64,000 nucleotides of DNA from Octopus sinensis (lineage: Eukaryota). The notes below the pieces were generated by a model. It was not told the origin of the DNA. It ran no database searches and saw nothing but the letters and a program-made list of their open reading frames with translations. The position numbers and the translations under genes are program-made. Shown one piece after another: positions 13,223 to 25,421 of this stretch. Every line of letters begins with the position of its first letter. Position 1 is the stretch's first letter. The stretch lies in contig NC_043007.1 in NCBI RefSeq assembly GCF_006345805.1, positions 33,976,001 to 34,040,000 on the forward strand, given 5' to 3'.

Positions 13223-14587
13223 TTGTGTGATCCCATGAATAATGCGGTGTTTTTGCACTTCATTGATTTTTAAAAATTAAGATAAAGAAAGTTCTTTTTA
13301 AATCTAAAATATGCTCACCTTCATTTTCTGCAATGCTCTTCCGTCTGACTACTAGACTTGCAAGGCCCCACTTCCAAAATTCACTTGTCCGTAATGAAAA
13401 ATACTCCTCCAGTATTATTCGGAACTCATCTACAGAATTCATATTTTTCCGTCCAAATGATTCTGAAGATTGCGAAATAAATGATATGGTGAATATGGTA
13501 AGTGGGGCATCGTTTCCCATTCAAACTGCTCCAGCTTTTCGCATGTCATCAATGCTGTTTCTGGCCGAGTAGTATCCTGATGGAAGAACATCCTTCGTCT
13601 TGAATCCAAAGGTGGTCGCTTTCCTTCCGGCGCTGACTTAAGCCGCAGTAGATCGTGTGGTATTGTATTCGTGTGGCATGGGTTTAAAAGGTGAAAGTGG
13701 ACAATCCTTTCACATCCAACCAAACAGATAACAACACCTTACATGGGTGAAGACCTTTTTTAGCCTGCGGTGCCGGTGTTTCTCCTTTCTCTACCCACTG
13801 TCTTCGACGCTTCACACTTTTATAGAGAACCCAATTTTCGTCACCAGTCATAATTCGATCCAAAAAGGTTGATTTGTGAGGCGTGACAGCAAAGAAGAGC
13901 ACACATTCACACTCTGCGCGCGATTAGACTCGGAACGTTTGTGAGGAACCCATTGAGCCAATTTGTGGACTTTACCGATGGCTCGCAGGTGTCGATGAAT
14001 GGTTGAATGACCAAATCAAAGCCTCTCCGCCAGTTACTCAACAGTTACGTTGTGATTTTGTTCCACCAGGATTTGCAGGACGTCCTCGTCGAGCTCTACA
14101 GATCTTACAGGATGAGGCTCGTCTTCTAGGCTGTAGTTTTCAAATTGGAATTTCTGGAAACATCGTTGACACAGGCTTACGCATATTGTCCGATCCCCAT
14201 TTACTGCATTAATATTACTAGCAGTCTCCGTTGCGTTGTTGCCTTTATTGAACTCATAAAGCAAAATATGCCGAATATTTTTCCTTGTCACTTCCATTGT
14301 AGCTTTGAAAATATAACTATTAAAATCGAAAACTGCACTCTTGAAAACGTGCACTAAGAATAAGCACAAGGTAAAAAGTGCCTGTTTATTTCAATATTGT
14401 AACATTGTAAGCGTTTTAAATAATAAAACGTGAAAATCAGACTAGGTTGGAATTTCATTGATTAATATATTTTTGTGTACTACCTACCTGCTTTTATAGC
14501 AAGTTGATGCAGGTAGTTTATCCCGTTCCTCTCCGACATTTTGTTCAGGCAATTGAAAAAACCCGCATTATTTATGGGATGACTCAA
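13223..14587 (-). mobile_element. Full-length mariner transposon, frameshifted transposase
   Basis: Imperfect TIRs TTG(T/A)GT(G/C)ATCCCAT.AATAATGCGG with TA flanks; ORF pieces MEVTRKNIRHILLYEF, IMTGDENW, FHQD, PHLPYSP. Confidence 0.92.
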
Positions 14588-14829
14588 TATGTGAAGATGT
14601 GTAAACAGTATTTGTATAAAACGTTTAATTAAAAAAAAACCCTCAACAGCAGCAACATAGAAATCAACAATAAGTATTGAATTAAGATCTAATAATAAGA
14701 GGTATAAATAATTAAGCAGCGTATTTAATATTTTCAAAAAGAAAAATTCTTCAACCGAAATAGAAAAGATTGAAATATAATCATTAGTTCATAATTTAGT
14801 CAACGCGATGACGACGATGATATTTGAAA

Positions 14830-15220
14830 TGATGATCATGATGATCATGATGATCATGATGATCATGATGATCATGATGATCATGATGATCATGATGATC
14901 ATGATGATGGTGAGGAGGAGGAGGATGATGATGGTTGTGAGTGTGCTGTTGGTGGTGGTGACGGTGTGAAGATCGTAGTCATGATAGTGGGAATGATGAC
15001 GTGAGGGAAGATAATGGCCGTAAGATCTACATTGAAAACAAATGCATACATACATACATACATACATACATGCATACATACATACATACATATATACATA
15101 CATACATACACACACATACATACATACATACATACATACACATACATACATACATACATATATACATACATGCATACACACACATACATACATACATACA
15201 TACATACATGCATGCATGCA

Positions 15221-15253
<33 letters not shown>

Positions 15254-15330
15254 GCATGCATGCATGCATACATACATACATACATACATACATACATACA
15301 TACATACATACATACATACATACATACGTA
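14830..15330. repeat. (ATGATC)n and (ATAC)n microsatellites; the overlapping long ORFs are spurious
   Basis: Simple repeats read directly. Confidence 0.95.
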
Positions 15331-15544
15331 TGTTGTATACGTATCTATCCGAGTTGGTATGATTGTGTACACAAAAATATATTAATGAATGAAATTCCAA
15401 CCTAGACTGATTTTAACGTTTTAGTATTTAAAATTTTTACAATTTTACAATATTGAAATAAACTTGCAACTTCATGCATTAGTGTGTGTGTGTGTTGTGT
15501 GTGTGTGTGTGTGTGTGTGTACGTACGCATGTGTGTCAATTCCA

Positions 15545-15790
15545 GTCCTTGTTGAGGTGTAGTGGCTTGTGGGCCTGAGGGCCTCAATAACCCTGAGAAT
15601 TATGCCAGCAGAGCACAAGCTACTAGTGCCGTCTTTCATGGCAAAGGTTTTAGTCCAGACTCATTTCGACCATCTCTTCATGGAAGTAAAAACAAGCCTG
15701 TGTAGGGTCAGCATTCCTACCTGGAAAAACAGTTAGAGAAGCAACGATGACAATTCGAAACCAGTAAGACCTGAGAGAGGAAGTGAAGTC
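15545..15790 (+). mobile_element. Probable 5' UTR relic of an RTE-type LINE
   Basis: CCTTGTTGAGGTGTAGTGGCTTG...CTCAATAACCCTGAGAATTATGCC resembles RTE 5' ends as recalled; no ORF follows. Confidence 0.4.
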
Positions 15791-15879
15791 CGAGTGGAAG
15801 TGAATCGGACGAGCTGTGGCGGAAGGTGGGGTTGGGGGGCAAGTTCCAGTGGTAAAAGATTTTCAGAAACACATGTGTA

Positions 15880-16064
15880 CAAGGGTGTGCTCAAAAGTTC
15901 CTGCGTTTAAGGCTATCGTGAAAGACCTGGCTGGATGCCCAGCATTTTGAGTTCTTTTAGAGGGCTTAGAAAAACAGAAGGACTGCTACAATAAGTGTGT
16001 GAGAAGAGAATATGTTGAAAAAAATCAAAATTAACTGATCCACGAACTTTTCATCACCCCCTCG
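15880..16064. mobile_element. Mariner-type MITE
   Basis: Imperfect TIRs CAAGGGTGTGCTCAAAAGTTC / GAACTTTTCATCACCCCCTCG with TA flanks. Confidence 0.7.
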
Positions 16065-16079
16065 TATGCATATATATTT

Positions 16080-16580
16080 GCTTTCGGGTCACAAACGGAG
16101 ATGAACCTATCTCATTATCACCGGAGGGAAAGTCCCCTGAGCGAGCGTTGTTGGCATCCTTTTGTCTCGGGAGAAATGTAGTTGCGGGTAAACTAAACCT
16201 TTTTGGGTTTTTTACATTTCATGTCCTCTCCAGTTTTGCGCAGGCCTCGGCTAGATGTAAGAAAGTCCTGGGTAGCCCAATCGTCAGGATTCCTCTCTCG
16301 ACCTTGCTGACGTAGTCCAAAGGAGTGCAGAGCATTATGTTTGGCACCAGCTTGGTTGCAGGAGCTGCCGGAAAAGTGTCGAGTCGAACACTAAACCGCC
16401 TACGGGGCTCCACTCCGGATTTCTTTGAAGGTTGTCTCCTTTCCGTAACCCTGGATAGGGGCCCATACCGAGTACTGTCAGCCGGAGCCAGCTGAGGCCG
16501 GTACTCGTGTCAGGCAGGGTCGTCACTCCCTGAAGTAGTGAAGAAAATCGCTCCCACTGCCTAAGCGAGCGAAGCAATTG
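16080..16580 (-). mobile_element. GC-rich probable LINE 5' region
   Basis: Minus-strand CAACCAAGCTGGTGCCAAAC...CTCCTTTGGAC resembles RTE pre-ORF sequence as recalled; GC content contrasts sharply with flanks. Confidence 0.4.
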
Positions 16581-16755
16581 CTAATTTGAGGAATCGTAAG
16601 CGAACCTTTCAGCTATCTCCCGCCGATGCAATGCCGCCATTTGGCGGAGCTGAGAGTTGTTGGTAGGCATCTTCCTCATAGCACAGATTGATGCAAATAG
16701 CACTTAGTGTTAATTGAATAGTGATTACTCAAAAGGAATTTCTTTCTCTATATAG

Positions 16756-16967
16756 ACGCAAGAGTGGGTGTGTGATAAGTAGCTTGCTTACCAACCACAT
16801 GGTTCCGCGTTCGGTCCTGCTGCGTGGCACCTTCAGGAAGTGTCTTCAAATATAGCCTCGGGCCCACCGAAGCTTTGTGAGTGGATTTGGTTGACGGAAA
16901 CTGAAGGAACACGTCTTGCATATATATATATATATAAATGTGCTTATATATATATATATGTATAATA

Positions 16968-17029
<62 letters not shown>

Positions 17030-17305
17030 AATGTATATATATATATAATATGTATATATATATATATATATATATAATTTATATATATCATTTATATATA
17101 TATATGATTGTGTGTTATGTTTGTCCACCCCACAACATCGCTTGAAAACCGATACTGGAGTATTTACGGCCCTGTAAATTAGCTGTTCGGCAAAAGGATC
17201 CGATAGAATAAATACTAAGCTTACAAAGAATAAGTCAAGGGGGAGAGTTTTTCGACTAAAGGCGGTGCTCCAGCATGGCGGCAGTCATTGACTGAAAGAA
17301 GTAAT
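16756..17305 (+). mobile_element. SINE family A, diverged, with expanded internal (AT)n
   Basis: Head and tail similarity to other copies. Confidence 0.85.
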
Positions 17306-17454
17306 ATATGAAGATTTCTCTTGAATGAAACAGTACTAGTCCTGTAGAAGCTCCTTCTATATAATAAATATATATATATATATAAAGAAGGAAAGATAAT
17401 GGAGATCAGAAATTTAATAATAATTGATTATTAACAACAAAGTGGTCATTTTCA

Positions 17455-17542
17455 CTTCTTACAACCGTTTCAATTAATACTCAAGAATGTTTGTACATTG
17501 AATTCACATTTATGTGAAATGAGTATTATTTCATCAGAGGAG
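17455..17542 (-). ncRNA. Type I hammerhead ribozyme candidate with long stem II
   Basis: Minus strand: CTCCT-CTGATGA-AATAATACTCA...TGAGTATTAATT-GAAAC-GGTT-GTA-AGAAG. Confidence 0.65.
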
Positions 17543-17782
17543 AAAAGATGTACATCTGGATGTTATACGTGGGCTTATGAATTCATTTTAGCAGGCTCTT
17601 TGTTTGTTGATAACAAAAAAATATTAACTTACTAATCTCCGTTTTCTTTTCTTCTTTTAAATGGATATAATCTATATTGCTTATATATACCTATATTTTA
17701 AGGAATGCATTTCTCCCAAACAGTAGTTATTGAACCATTATTCGCTTGGATGAAGGTACATATCGTCTAATCAAATTTTATA

Positions 17783-17829
<47 letters not shown>

Positions 17830-17840
<11 letters not shown>

Positions 17841-18030
17841 CGGAAGCTTTATGAAAATAGACAAAAGACGAAGGCAGGTGGAAACCAACAAACAATTGTA
17901 TTAGTATGGCGCTCAGGAAATATAAATAAAACAAGTCTTTAAGTTTGCGAGCCTACGCTCTTCAACAGAAAGATACACAGAGAGAAAAAAACACAGAAAG
18001 AGGGAGAGAAAAAAAATTGCGTGCAGTAAC
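17830..18030 (-). mobile_element. (TA)n-flanked mini-element family E with variant hammerhead (GAAA disrupted in this copy)
   Basis: TCTTT-CTGTTGA-A-GAGCGTAGGCTC-GCAAACTTAAAGA; homologues at 34085, 36790, 48410, 49735. Confidence 0.7.
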
Positions 18031-18079
18031 TAACGAATCAACATGGATATATATATATATATATATAATATTCATTTAT

Positions 18080-18390
18080 GCGACCTTTTCAAGCCTAGCC
18101 AGGCTCATAGGCCCGGTTTCCCTGTTTATATGGCGTATGTGTTCCCCCCGAGCCGGACGGGACGCCAGTCCATCGCAGCGTTACCCAAGAAACAGGAAGA
18201 AAGCGTGAGATAAAGTTGGGGTGAAAGAGTAGAACAGGGGTCACAACCACCCCCTGCCGGAGCGTCGTGGAGCTTTAGATGTTTTCGCTCAATCAATACA
18301 CACAACGCTCGATCTGGGAATCGAAACTGCGATCCTCCGACTGCGAATCCATCATCCGCTGCCCTAACCACAGGGCCATTGAGCCTCCAC
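18080..18390 (-). mobile_element. SINE family B, tail type 2
   Basis: Same head as 1123; body GCTGCGATGGACTGGCGTCC...AAACCGGGCC. Confidence 0.85.
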
Positions 18391-18393
18391 ATA

Positions 18394-18428
<35 letters not shown>

Positions 18429-18463
18429 GATATATATATACATATATAATATATAACATATAT

Positions 18464-18494
<31 letters not shown>

Positions 18495-18705
18495 ATTATT
18501 GAAGTAGATAAATGGAATTATCTTATTACGGATAATTCAAATGATAACCGATACCTGGGTAGCCAAAATCACAACAGAAAAAGCACGGTTGAGGTTACGA
18601 CCATGGGGCCTAAATTTGTGCTTAGTGCGGACATTTGAAGTTTTATATATTTAGTGTAGGAAGAAATGGAGCTGAACGAAGATTTAACAAAATTCCTTTT
18701 TATTA

Positions 18706-18788
18706 TTTTCGACATATGTTTCAAAGGCTGCAAAGTCCCTAATTCGGATTGAATAGGAGTCCATTTTGCAGCCTTCTCTTCAGGAAAA
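18706..18788 (-). ncRNA. Type I hammerhead ribozyme, GUC site
   Basis: TTTTC-CTGAAGA-GAAGGCTGCAAA...TTTGCAGCCTTT-GAA-ACATATGT-C-GAAAA. Confidence 0.85.
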
Positions 18789-19054
18789 TCCAGGAACTTA
18801 ATTCTCCAACAAAATGCACAGCAAGCTTTTCGACAAACGCTCACGAGGAGCCCATGGATAAATGGCACAAACTGTCTATCTATATGCGTTGACGCCAGGC
18901 TGGGTGGTGAAAGCAGACGAGAGGTCCGTTGAGATAATTCAAGGTCAGAATCCGGTTGGCAGATAGACAGTTTGTGCCATTTATTCCATGGGCTCCTCGT
19001 GAGCGTTGGTCGAAAAGCTTGCTGTGCATTTTGTTGGAGAATTAAGTTCCTGGA

Positions 19055-19138
19055 TTTTCCTGAAGAGAAAGCTGCAAAATGGACTCCTTATTCAATCCGA
19101 ATTAGGGACTTTGCAGCCTTTGAAACATATGTAGAAAA
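19055..19138 (+). ncRNA. Type I hammerhead ribozyme, GUA site
   Basis: TTTTC-CTGAAGA-GAAAGCTGCAAA...TTTGCAGCCTTT-GAA-ACATATGT-A-GAAAA. Confidence 0.82.
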
Positions 19139-19228
19139 TAATAAAAAGGAATTTTGTTAAATCTTCGTCAGTTCATTTCTTCCTACACTAAATATACATA
19201 TACATATACATGTATATACGTATTAGAC

Positions 19229-19282
<54 letters not shown>

Positions 19283-19896
19283 GTCTATATCGTATATATA
19301 TGTATATGTATGCATGCATGTATGGATTTATGTATGCGTACATACATTCATAGCTAATCTGTTCGAGTAATTAATAATGTTTAATAGATCATGATTTTAT
19401 TAATTCTTCTTCTTCTTCTCCTCGTCCTCCTTCTTCTTCTTCTCCTCGTCCTCCTTCTTCTTCTTCTCCTCGTCCTCCTTCTCCTCGTCCTCCTTCTTCT
19501 CCTTCTCTTTCTCTTTCTCCTTCTTCTTCTTCTTCTTCTTCTCCTCCACCCATCCTCCTCTCAATTTCTTTCTTTTCGTTGTTTTTCTTCATCTCTTCGA
19601 TTTCTCTTGAATACTCAGTATTTTAACGCTTTCGTTTTGACGATTGATTCTCTTCTCGTTGTTTTCTGCTGTGGTAATTTATAATTCATTTTCTCATTTA
19701 CTCCATCTTTAATTTTTACCTCTCCTACATTCACACAAATTTTTTGGAAGTTTTAAACTTTGGGGTAAAATGTAATTCATCCAGTGTATTAATCGATGTA
19801 TTCAATCAATCATCGAAGTAAATTTCTGCATTTATTTTGTTGTTTTTATACCAAATGCAATTTTTCTCGCCAAATTAAAGTGTGAAAGCACAATTA

Positions 19897-19929
<33 letters not shown>

Positions 19930-19956
19930 CACCAACACAACCACAAACCCACATAT

Positions 19957-19989
<33 letters not shown>

Positions 19990-20044
19990 ATATATATTAA
20001 TATACATATCTATATAAAGAGAGAGAGCACAGACAGACAGGCTG

Positions 20045-20076
<32 letters not shown>

Positions 20077-20133
20077 ATTGGTGAATTGAAGAAATGGAGC
20101 TGAACGCAGATTGACAGAAATCGTTTTATTTCA

Positions 20134-20213
20134 TTCTACACGTGTTTCGAAAGGCACAAATTACAAAAATCCGATTGAATAATGGGACCATATTGTGTCT
20201 TTCTCTTCAGGAA
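20134..20213 (-). ncRNA. Type I hammerhead ribozyme in the probable pseudo-LTR 3' of the Penelope-like element
   Basis: TTC-CTGAAGA-GAAAGACACAA...TTGTGCCTTTC-GAA-ACACGTGT-A-GAA; flanks homologous to 18660-18960. Confidence 0.8.
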
Positions 20214-20814
20214 GAAAAAGGAAATCCTGGAAAAACAAAAACAGAACAGAGGCGGAGCAAAAAACAAATCGAACTGTGCTCCTAAGAGCCCATGGCGAAC
20301 TGTTTATCAGTGTATGTTGAGAACCGGTGGCTGAAGAATTCAACGGGTCAGGCATCGGTCAATCATGTGGGTGAGGGTGTATAGATGTTCTTTGTGACCG
20401 AGAATAAAGTTCTGACTATTTAAGGAATATTGGATGTTTTATAAGGGGCGAGAAAAAATCTACTTAGAGACGTGTGTGTGTGTATACTGTTCTATATATG
20501 TGTGTGTTGGCGTAGGGGTAGAAAACATTTTTTGTGTACGTGTGTGCGTTTGATCGTTCGGCTGTCAGTGGCTACTGCCGTGATAACGTTGGGTGGCAGA
20601 AAGAAAAAAAAAATTAAAAATATATATTATTATGTTTTATGTGTGGTGTGTTCATTTAAGCCTGCCTTGTCAAGGAAAACCCCCCGCTGTGAGAAAACCA
20701 AGCCCCGTTTGTCTTACAGGAGTAATTCCCCTTGCAGTGGTTAATCGTAGATATCTTAAAGGCTATTTCAGAATTTGTTACCAAGGGCTATGGGTGCCGG
20801 TATTATTTAAAACG

Positions 20815-23410
20815 CTATTTAAAGGCCAGATAAGTGTAACGCCGCCAATGGGGGCATCGAAAAGCCGACTGTAAGAGCCCGTTTACCATCCGGCCTCTGG
20901 CAAACAAAATATGGAAGAGTTCGGAGACACAAAGGTTGCACTGTCTTCTGCCCCTATCAAATGGGAGGGCCACCGACAAAATTGACCATTCCAGCCTATA
21001 GCTTAAGTTCGCATCCTTCAGTCGCCATATTAGCTTACTGAGTCCCGTGGTCTGGCGCTTGTTCACGTCCCGAAAAGTTGCGTAATGGTTGGAGACACGC
21101 AAAGAATCTTGAGGATGATGCCCCTACATAAGTGAAGGCATCTGAGTCCGTGTAAACCTTGCATTGGTAGACGGCGTTTTTGATCTTGGAGTTCGCCGAC
21201 GTGAATCTTAATCTGCTAGGATTAGTTTCTGAAATTAGAACTGCGTTCCTGTCACTATATTCGTCCGAGACCTGCAGCCGCTTACTACTCTATTTTCCAC
21301 TACGTCACTATTAACTATAGGAATAACCCCTGATTCTCCACTATCTATCAGAGTGCTGTCATTGCTACTGCCCGTGGTACTGCTATTGCGGGAAATGATG
21401 CTGGGGATGCTAATGGGGCTTCTACCCTACTCCCATTATTACCGTCAACCACAACACCCCTATTTATAACTATACCCCTAGTGGGTACTCCCTGGCTGGA
21501 GCTGAGATTATGTGTCACTGTACTGGCTCTCATATCATTATTACTACTATAATTATTCCTACTGAGCATTAAACCGGGAGCGGAAGAGGCTGTGCCTCCG
21601 GAAAAAGGTGATAGGGTCTTAGTAAGTAGCCTATTATTATGGGAGGCGATTATCTGGGCGAGGTTTTTAGTGTTGGAAGAAAGTCCTAACTTTATGTGAG
21701 TTACCGTGGAGTAATATTGGAATTTCTGGGGAAGTTATTGGCGATGGCTTGTCTAAACATGAGGGGGAGGTTAGTTCTAATCTGCTTACCAAAGGGGATT
21801 ACAAACCATATATGCTTATTCCTATCAGTGTGATGGGTCGGGACGCCAGCTCTCGCATTCGGGTGGGTGATTCTCGGATGAATAACGGGTCTTGGGTTAG
21901 TGTAAGACCTCCCGAACCGATAATTATCCTTGTTCGCTAAATTAAATGCGGGAGCGACTACCCCGGCATCCGCCGCGTCCCGTCCTTACTTAAAATGTTA
22001 ATGTTATTATATACGGCCCTATCCTGATGACCGAATGATGGCATCGGAAGGGCCGGATCAATATAAATTACTTCTGCCTATAACCGGCCTTGGATAGTGC
22101 GGCGTTATAAAATTCCGCTTTCTGCATAAAATATCGGCACTGGCGGACAAGCCAGACAATCTTAGAGAGATGTTTTTAACCAAATTGTCTGTTACGGTTT
22201 TGGCATGATTTGAGAAGACACTGACATACTTCAAATTAGTGGAAGGCTTATGGTAAGGGCAGTATGAGTCGCTATTAAGGTTAAGTGTAACGTCTAGGAA
22301 ATTAGCCTTGGTGAGTTCATTATCAAAAACTATACTCATGCCCATTCTATTAAAAAACCTAGCTAACCTGCTCTTAGTTTTCTGCACTATTCTGTTCGTG
22401 GTGTTTTGCAGGAAAACAGACAATCGTCACGATACAGGCCGCCCGCGATCTCCGGGAATTGGTCGGACAATTCGTAGAGAATATATATTCCGACCAAATC
22501 GGCTATCTGCGCACTATCCGAACTACCCATAGGCACATCAAATTCATTGGGAGTATCTTTACGGATCCACAACTTATTATCAAACTTAATAAACGATTTC
22601 CTGGCAACTAAAATGATATCTATCTCTTCTCTGGTGAGGCCAGCCTTGTTGTGAGCATGCCAGAGGGCCTTATTTAGCACACTAGGGTTAATCGAGGGGT
22701 AGAAGGGGCGATATCAAACTGAATGAACCTAGTACGGTTCTTATTGGGGATGGAAGAGAACCACTTCACTACCTGCGAGGAGTTGGCCCAGAGGCTGAGC
22801 TTCAGCTTGTTTACTAAACTAGGGATTATTTATCTAAAATGTACTTACTGATTATCCCGATATCAGATCTAGCAGGGCATATGAGTCTTAGCGCTGGGTT
22901 GGTGTGGAAGTTAGGTTTATGGTCCTTCACTATAAATCTGGGTTGCTTGGGGCTAAGCGGCTGGTTCTCATTTGAATTCGGTTGTTTAAATATTATATCC
23001 TTAATTTCCAGTTTCCTTCCTCAGGGTACTCCAATTGGTTTTTCTATAATTTTTTTTGATCTCTTTACCGAGTAAATCTAGGTACTGCTTAATGGGCATC
23101 TTGTTATGTGTTCCTGGTCTTGTCGGACTGGACCAGGACTCCGTCCGTTCTATTAATGTCCTTGGTAATTTTATCTAGGTATCTGAGGTGGGCATTTCTC
23201 CTGGGTGACTTCCTGAACTTAATCTTTCTAACTATGTCCCACAAGTCGTCCTCAAACTTCTTCAGTCTTGGGTTCGGTGGCGGCGTATCCAATGTTTAAA
23301 AAGCCGGCCGTATTCGGACGATGCTGTTGTCCGGTTCGATTTTAGATCTTCGTTCTCGTGGAAGAAAATGTGCCATCTTATCCGGTTTATGAATGCGTTG
23401 GTTTTACAAA
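20815..23410 (-). mobile_element. Penelope-like element, 5'-truncated and frameshifted (RT plus GIY-YIG endonuclease end)
   Basis: ORF pieces VLVQSDKTRN, FDVPMGSSDSAQIADLVG, GLYRDD, NFLDVTLNL, SNH, and C-terminal LEWSIL...QCNLCVSE. Confidence 0.92.
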
Positions 23411-23441
23411 CCAACTCCTTACATAATATATATATATATAT

Positions 23442-23493
<52 letters not shown>

Positions 23494-23523
23494 GTAGGTA
23501 GGTAGGTTGGTAGATAGATAGTT

Positions 23524-23596
<73 letters not shown>

Positions 23597-23597
23597 T

Positions 23598-24722
23598 GTT
23601 TCTTTATTAGCCACACAGGGCTGCACACAGATAGAACAACTTACAAGGTAGAGCTTTTCTTTTGAAGGTTTAAAAAAAAAAAAAAAAAGAAAGGGGGAGT
23701 TTCGATCAAAAGGGATCGTAAAAGGAGAGAAAGAGGACAAAAAAAGGGGGGGTTAAAAAAAAGGGGGAGAAAAAAAAAATGATCAATAGGGATCGTTATC
23801 ACAGAAATGTCAATATGAAGTGTAAAGGAGAGGACAGGTGAGGTTTACCCGTGGAAAGAAAAGCCTACGGAAAAGACCACGGTAGCCTCGGTCAATGGAG
23901 TCACGTGTTATATTTCTTTTTTCTTTTTTTGCAAATAAGCAACTCTCTGTTTCAATTTCTGGGTTCATAGGATCATGCTCAAGGTGGCTTCGTCATTCAT
24001 ACGTGCCATTCTTGCTACATTCACCCATTTTTTTAAAACATTCGCTAGACAAAAACTTGCCTCTCTACTCTCACTTTCCTTTTCAAGTGGTACTTGAAGA
24101 AGTTGATGAGAGATTGACCAGAGAGGAAAGTGTTTGTCTCCAATCCTTTCAGACGCGTCCACAGATACATTCTTTCGCCATAGCCCACAAGGATGATGAA
24201 AAAATAGCTCTTCCTTCCCGTTTGAAGGAGGAGGGGGCGTGACAATATTGACGATAGACTCAGCTGATAAACCGACTCGTCCCACACGTGACAGCAGTTG
24301 TTCGACACAAGCCCACAGGTCGGAAATTGTTGGACACTGCACGAGTGCGTGCAGAACGGTTTCGTCGGCTCTGACCGCATCTCGGGCAGGTCGGCCCCGT
24401 GTTTCTCGAGCCGTGTCTGTAAGAGCTTATCGAACGGGTAGCGCTTCTCGGTAGCACTGTCAGGCCAGGGATCTCTGGAAGTTGTCCATGGGCCCTGGCC
24501 CGAAAGTCGTCCTGAACAGGCGGGTCAGGTACTCCTCGTCGACGTCCAGGTTCGCCCCGAGCTCGTCGTCGTACCTCCCCTCCACTAAACCCCTATAGAA
24601 TGCTTTGGTTGTGTTGAAGTCACTCAAGGTCGACCCAGGACGGCAGAGTTGCTTGAGAGCAACGCGACACTCGCGGTGCCATTCGCCCAGATATATATTT
24701 CTTAGAAAGCACCAGGAATGCA
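23598..24722 (-). mobile_element. L1/Tx1-clade LINE 3' fragment (ORF2 C-terminus, zinc knuckle, 3' UTR, (TATC)n tail)
   Basis: TCPRCGQ...QCPTISDLWACVEQLL, KYHLKRKVRVER, WVNVARM; ends AATAAAGAAAC plus (TATC)n. Confidence 0.8.
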
Positions 24723-24851
24723 TCTAAAATTTGAGATTCCTGTAGTCTACGTTTGAAGCGTTGCAAAAAAATGATAAACAGACAAGTTGAATTTCAATTA
24801 AAATGTTTGAAATCGTATATATTAAAATAAGTAATACTTGTATACAATTTG

Positions 24852-25261
24852 TGAGTGGCTGTGTGGTAAGTAGCTTTCTAACCAACCACATGGTTACGGG
24901 TTCAGTCCCACTGCGTGGCATCTTGGGCAAGTGTCTTCTACTATAGCCTCGGGCCGACCAAAGCCTTGTGAGTGGATTTGGTAGACGGAAACTGAAAGAA
25001 GCCCATCGTGTATATGTATATATATATATGCGTGTGTGTGTTTGTGTGTCTGTGTTTGTCCCCCTAGCATTGCTTGACAACCGATGCTGGTGTGTTTATG
25101 TCCCCGTTATGTCCCCAGCAGAGATAACCACCATCCCCTGCCGGAGCCTCGTGGAGCTTTAGGTTTTTCGCTCAATAAACACTCACAACGGCCAGTCTGG
25201 GAAACGAAACCGCGATCCTATGACTGCGAGTCCGCTGCCCTAACCACTGGTCCATTGCGCT

Positions 25262-25262
<1 letters not shown>
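24852..25262. mobile_element. Truncated family A SINE (+) joined to a truncated family B SINE (-)
   Basis: Family A sequence to ~25097; duplicated TATGTCCCC at the junction; family B head ends at 25262. Confidence 0.8.
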
Positions 25263-25303
<41 letters not shown>

Positions 25304-25311
25304 ATATAATA

Positions 25312-25354
<43 letters not shown>

Positions 25355-25379
25355 AATATATATATATATTATATATATA

Positions 25380-25421
<42 letters not shown>

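Larger units (their letters stand above)
18646..19196. repeat. Fold-back element with 236-bp inverted arms and a 79-bp spacer
   Basis: 18646-18881 is the near-perfect reverse complement of 18961-19196. Confidence 0.95.

Noticed and set aside
14789-15405. Long ORFs of 100-200 aa rich in MYVC/HTYI
   Set aside because: Translations of (ATAC)n microsatellites; likewise the ORFs at 3.5-5.6, 19.4, 31.8, 37.7, 42.4, 54.3 and 57.5 kb
22014-22056. CTGATGA...GAA inside a GGCCC/GGGCC hairpin
   Set aside because: No A15.1 and no stem I next to an NUH; antisense to PLE coding sequence, probably chance
23440-23597. Regular short direct repeats suggesting an array
   Set aside because: Simple (GATA)n tail without spacers; no CRISPR-like structure anywhere in the window
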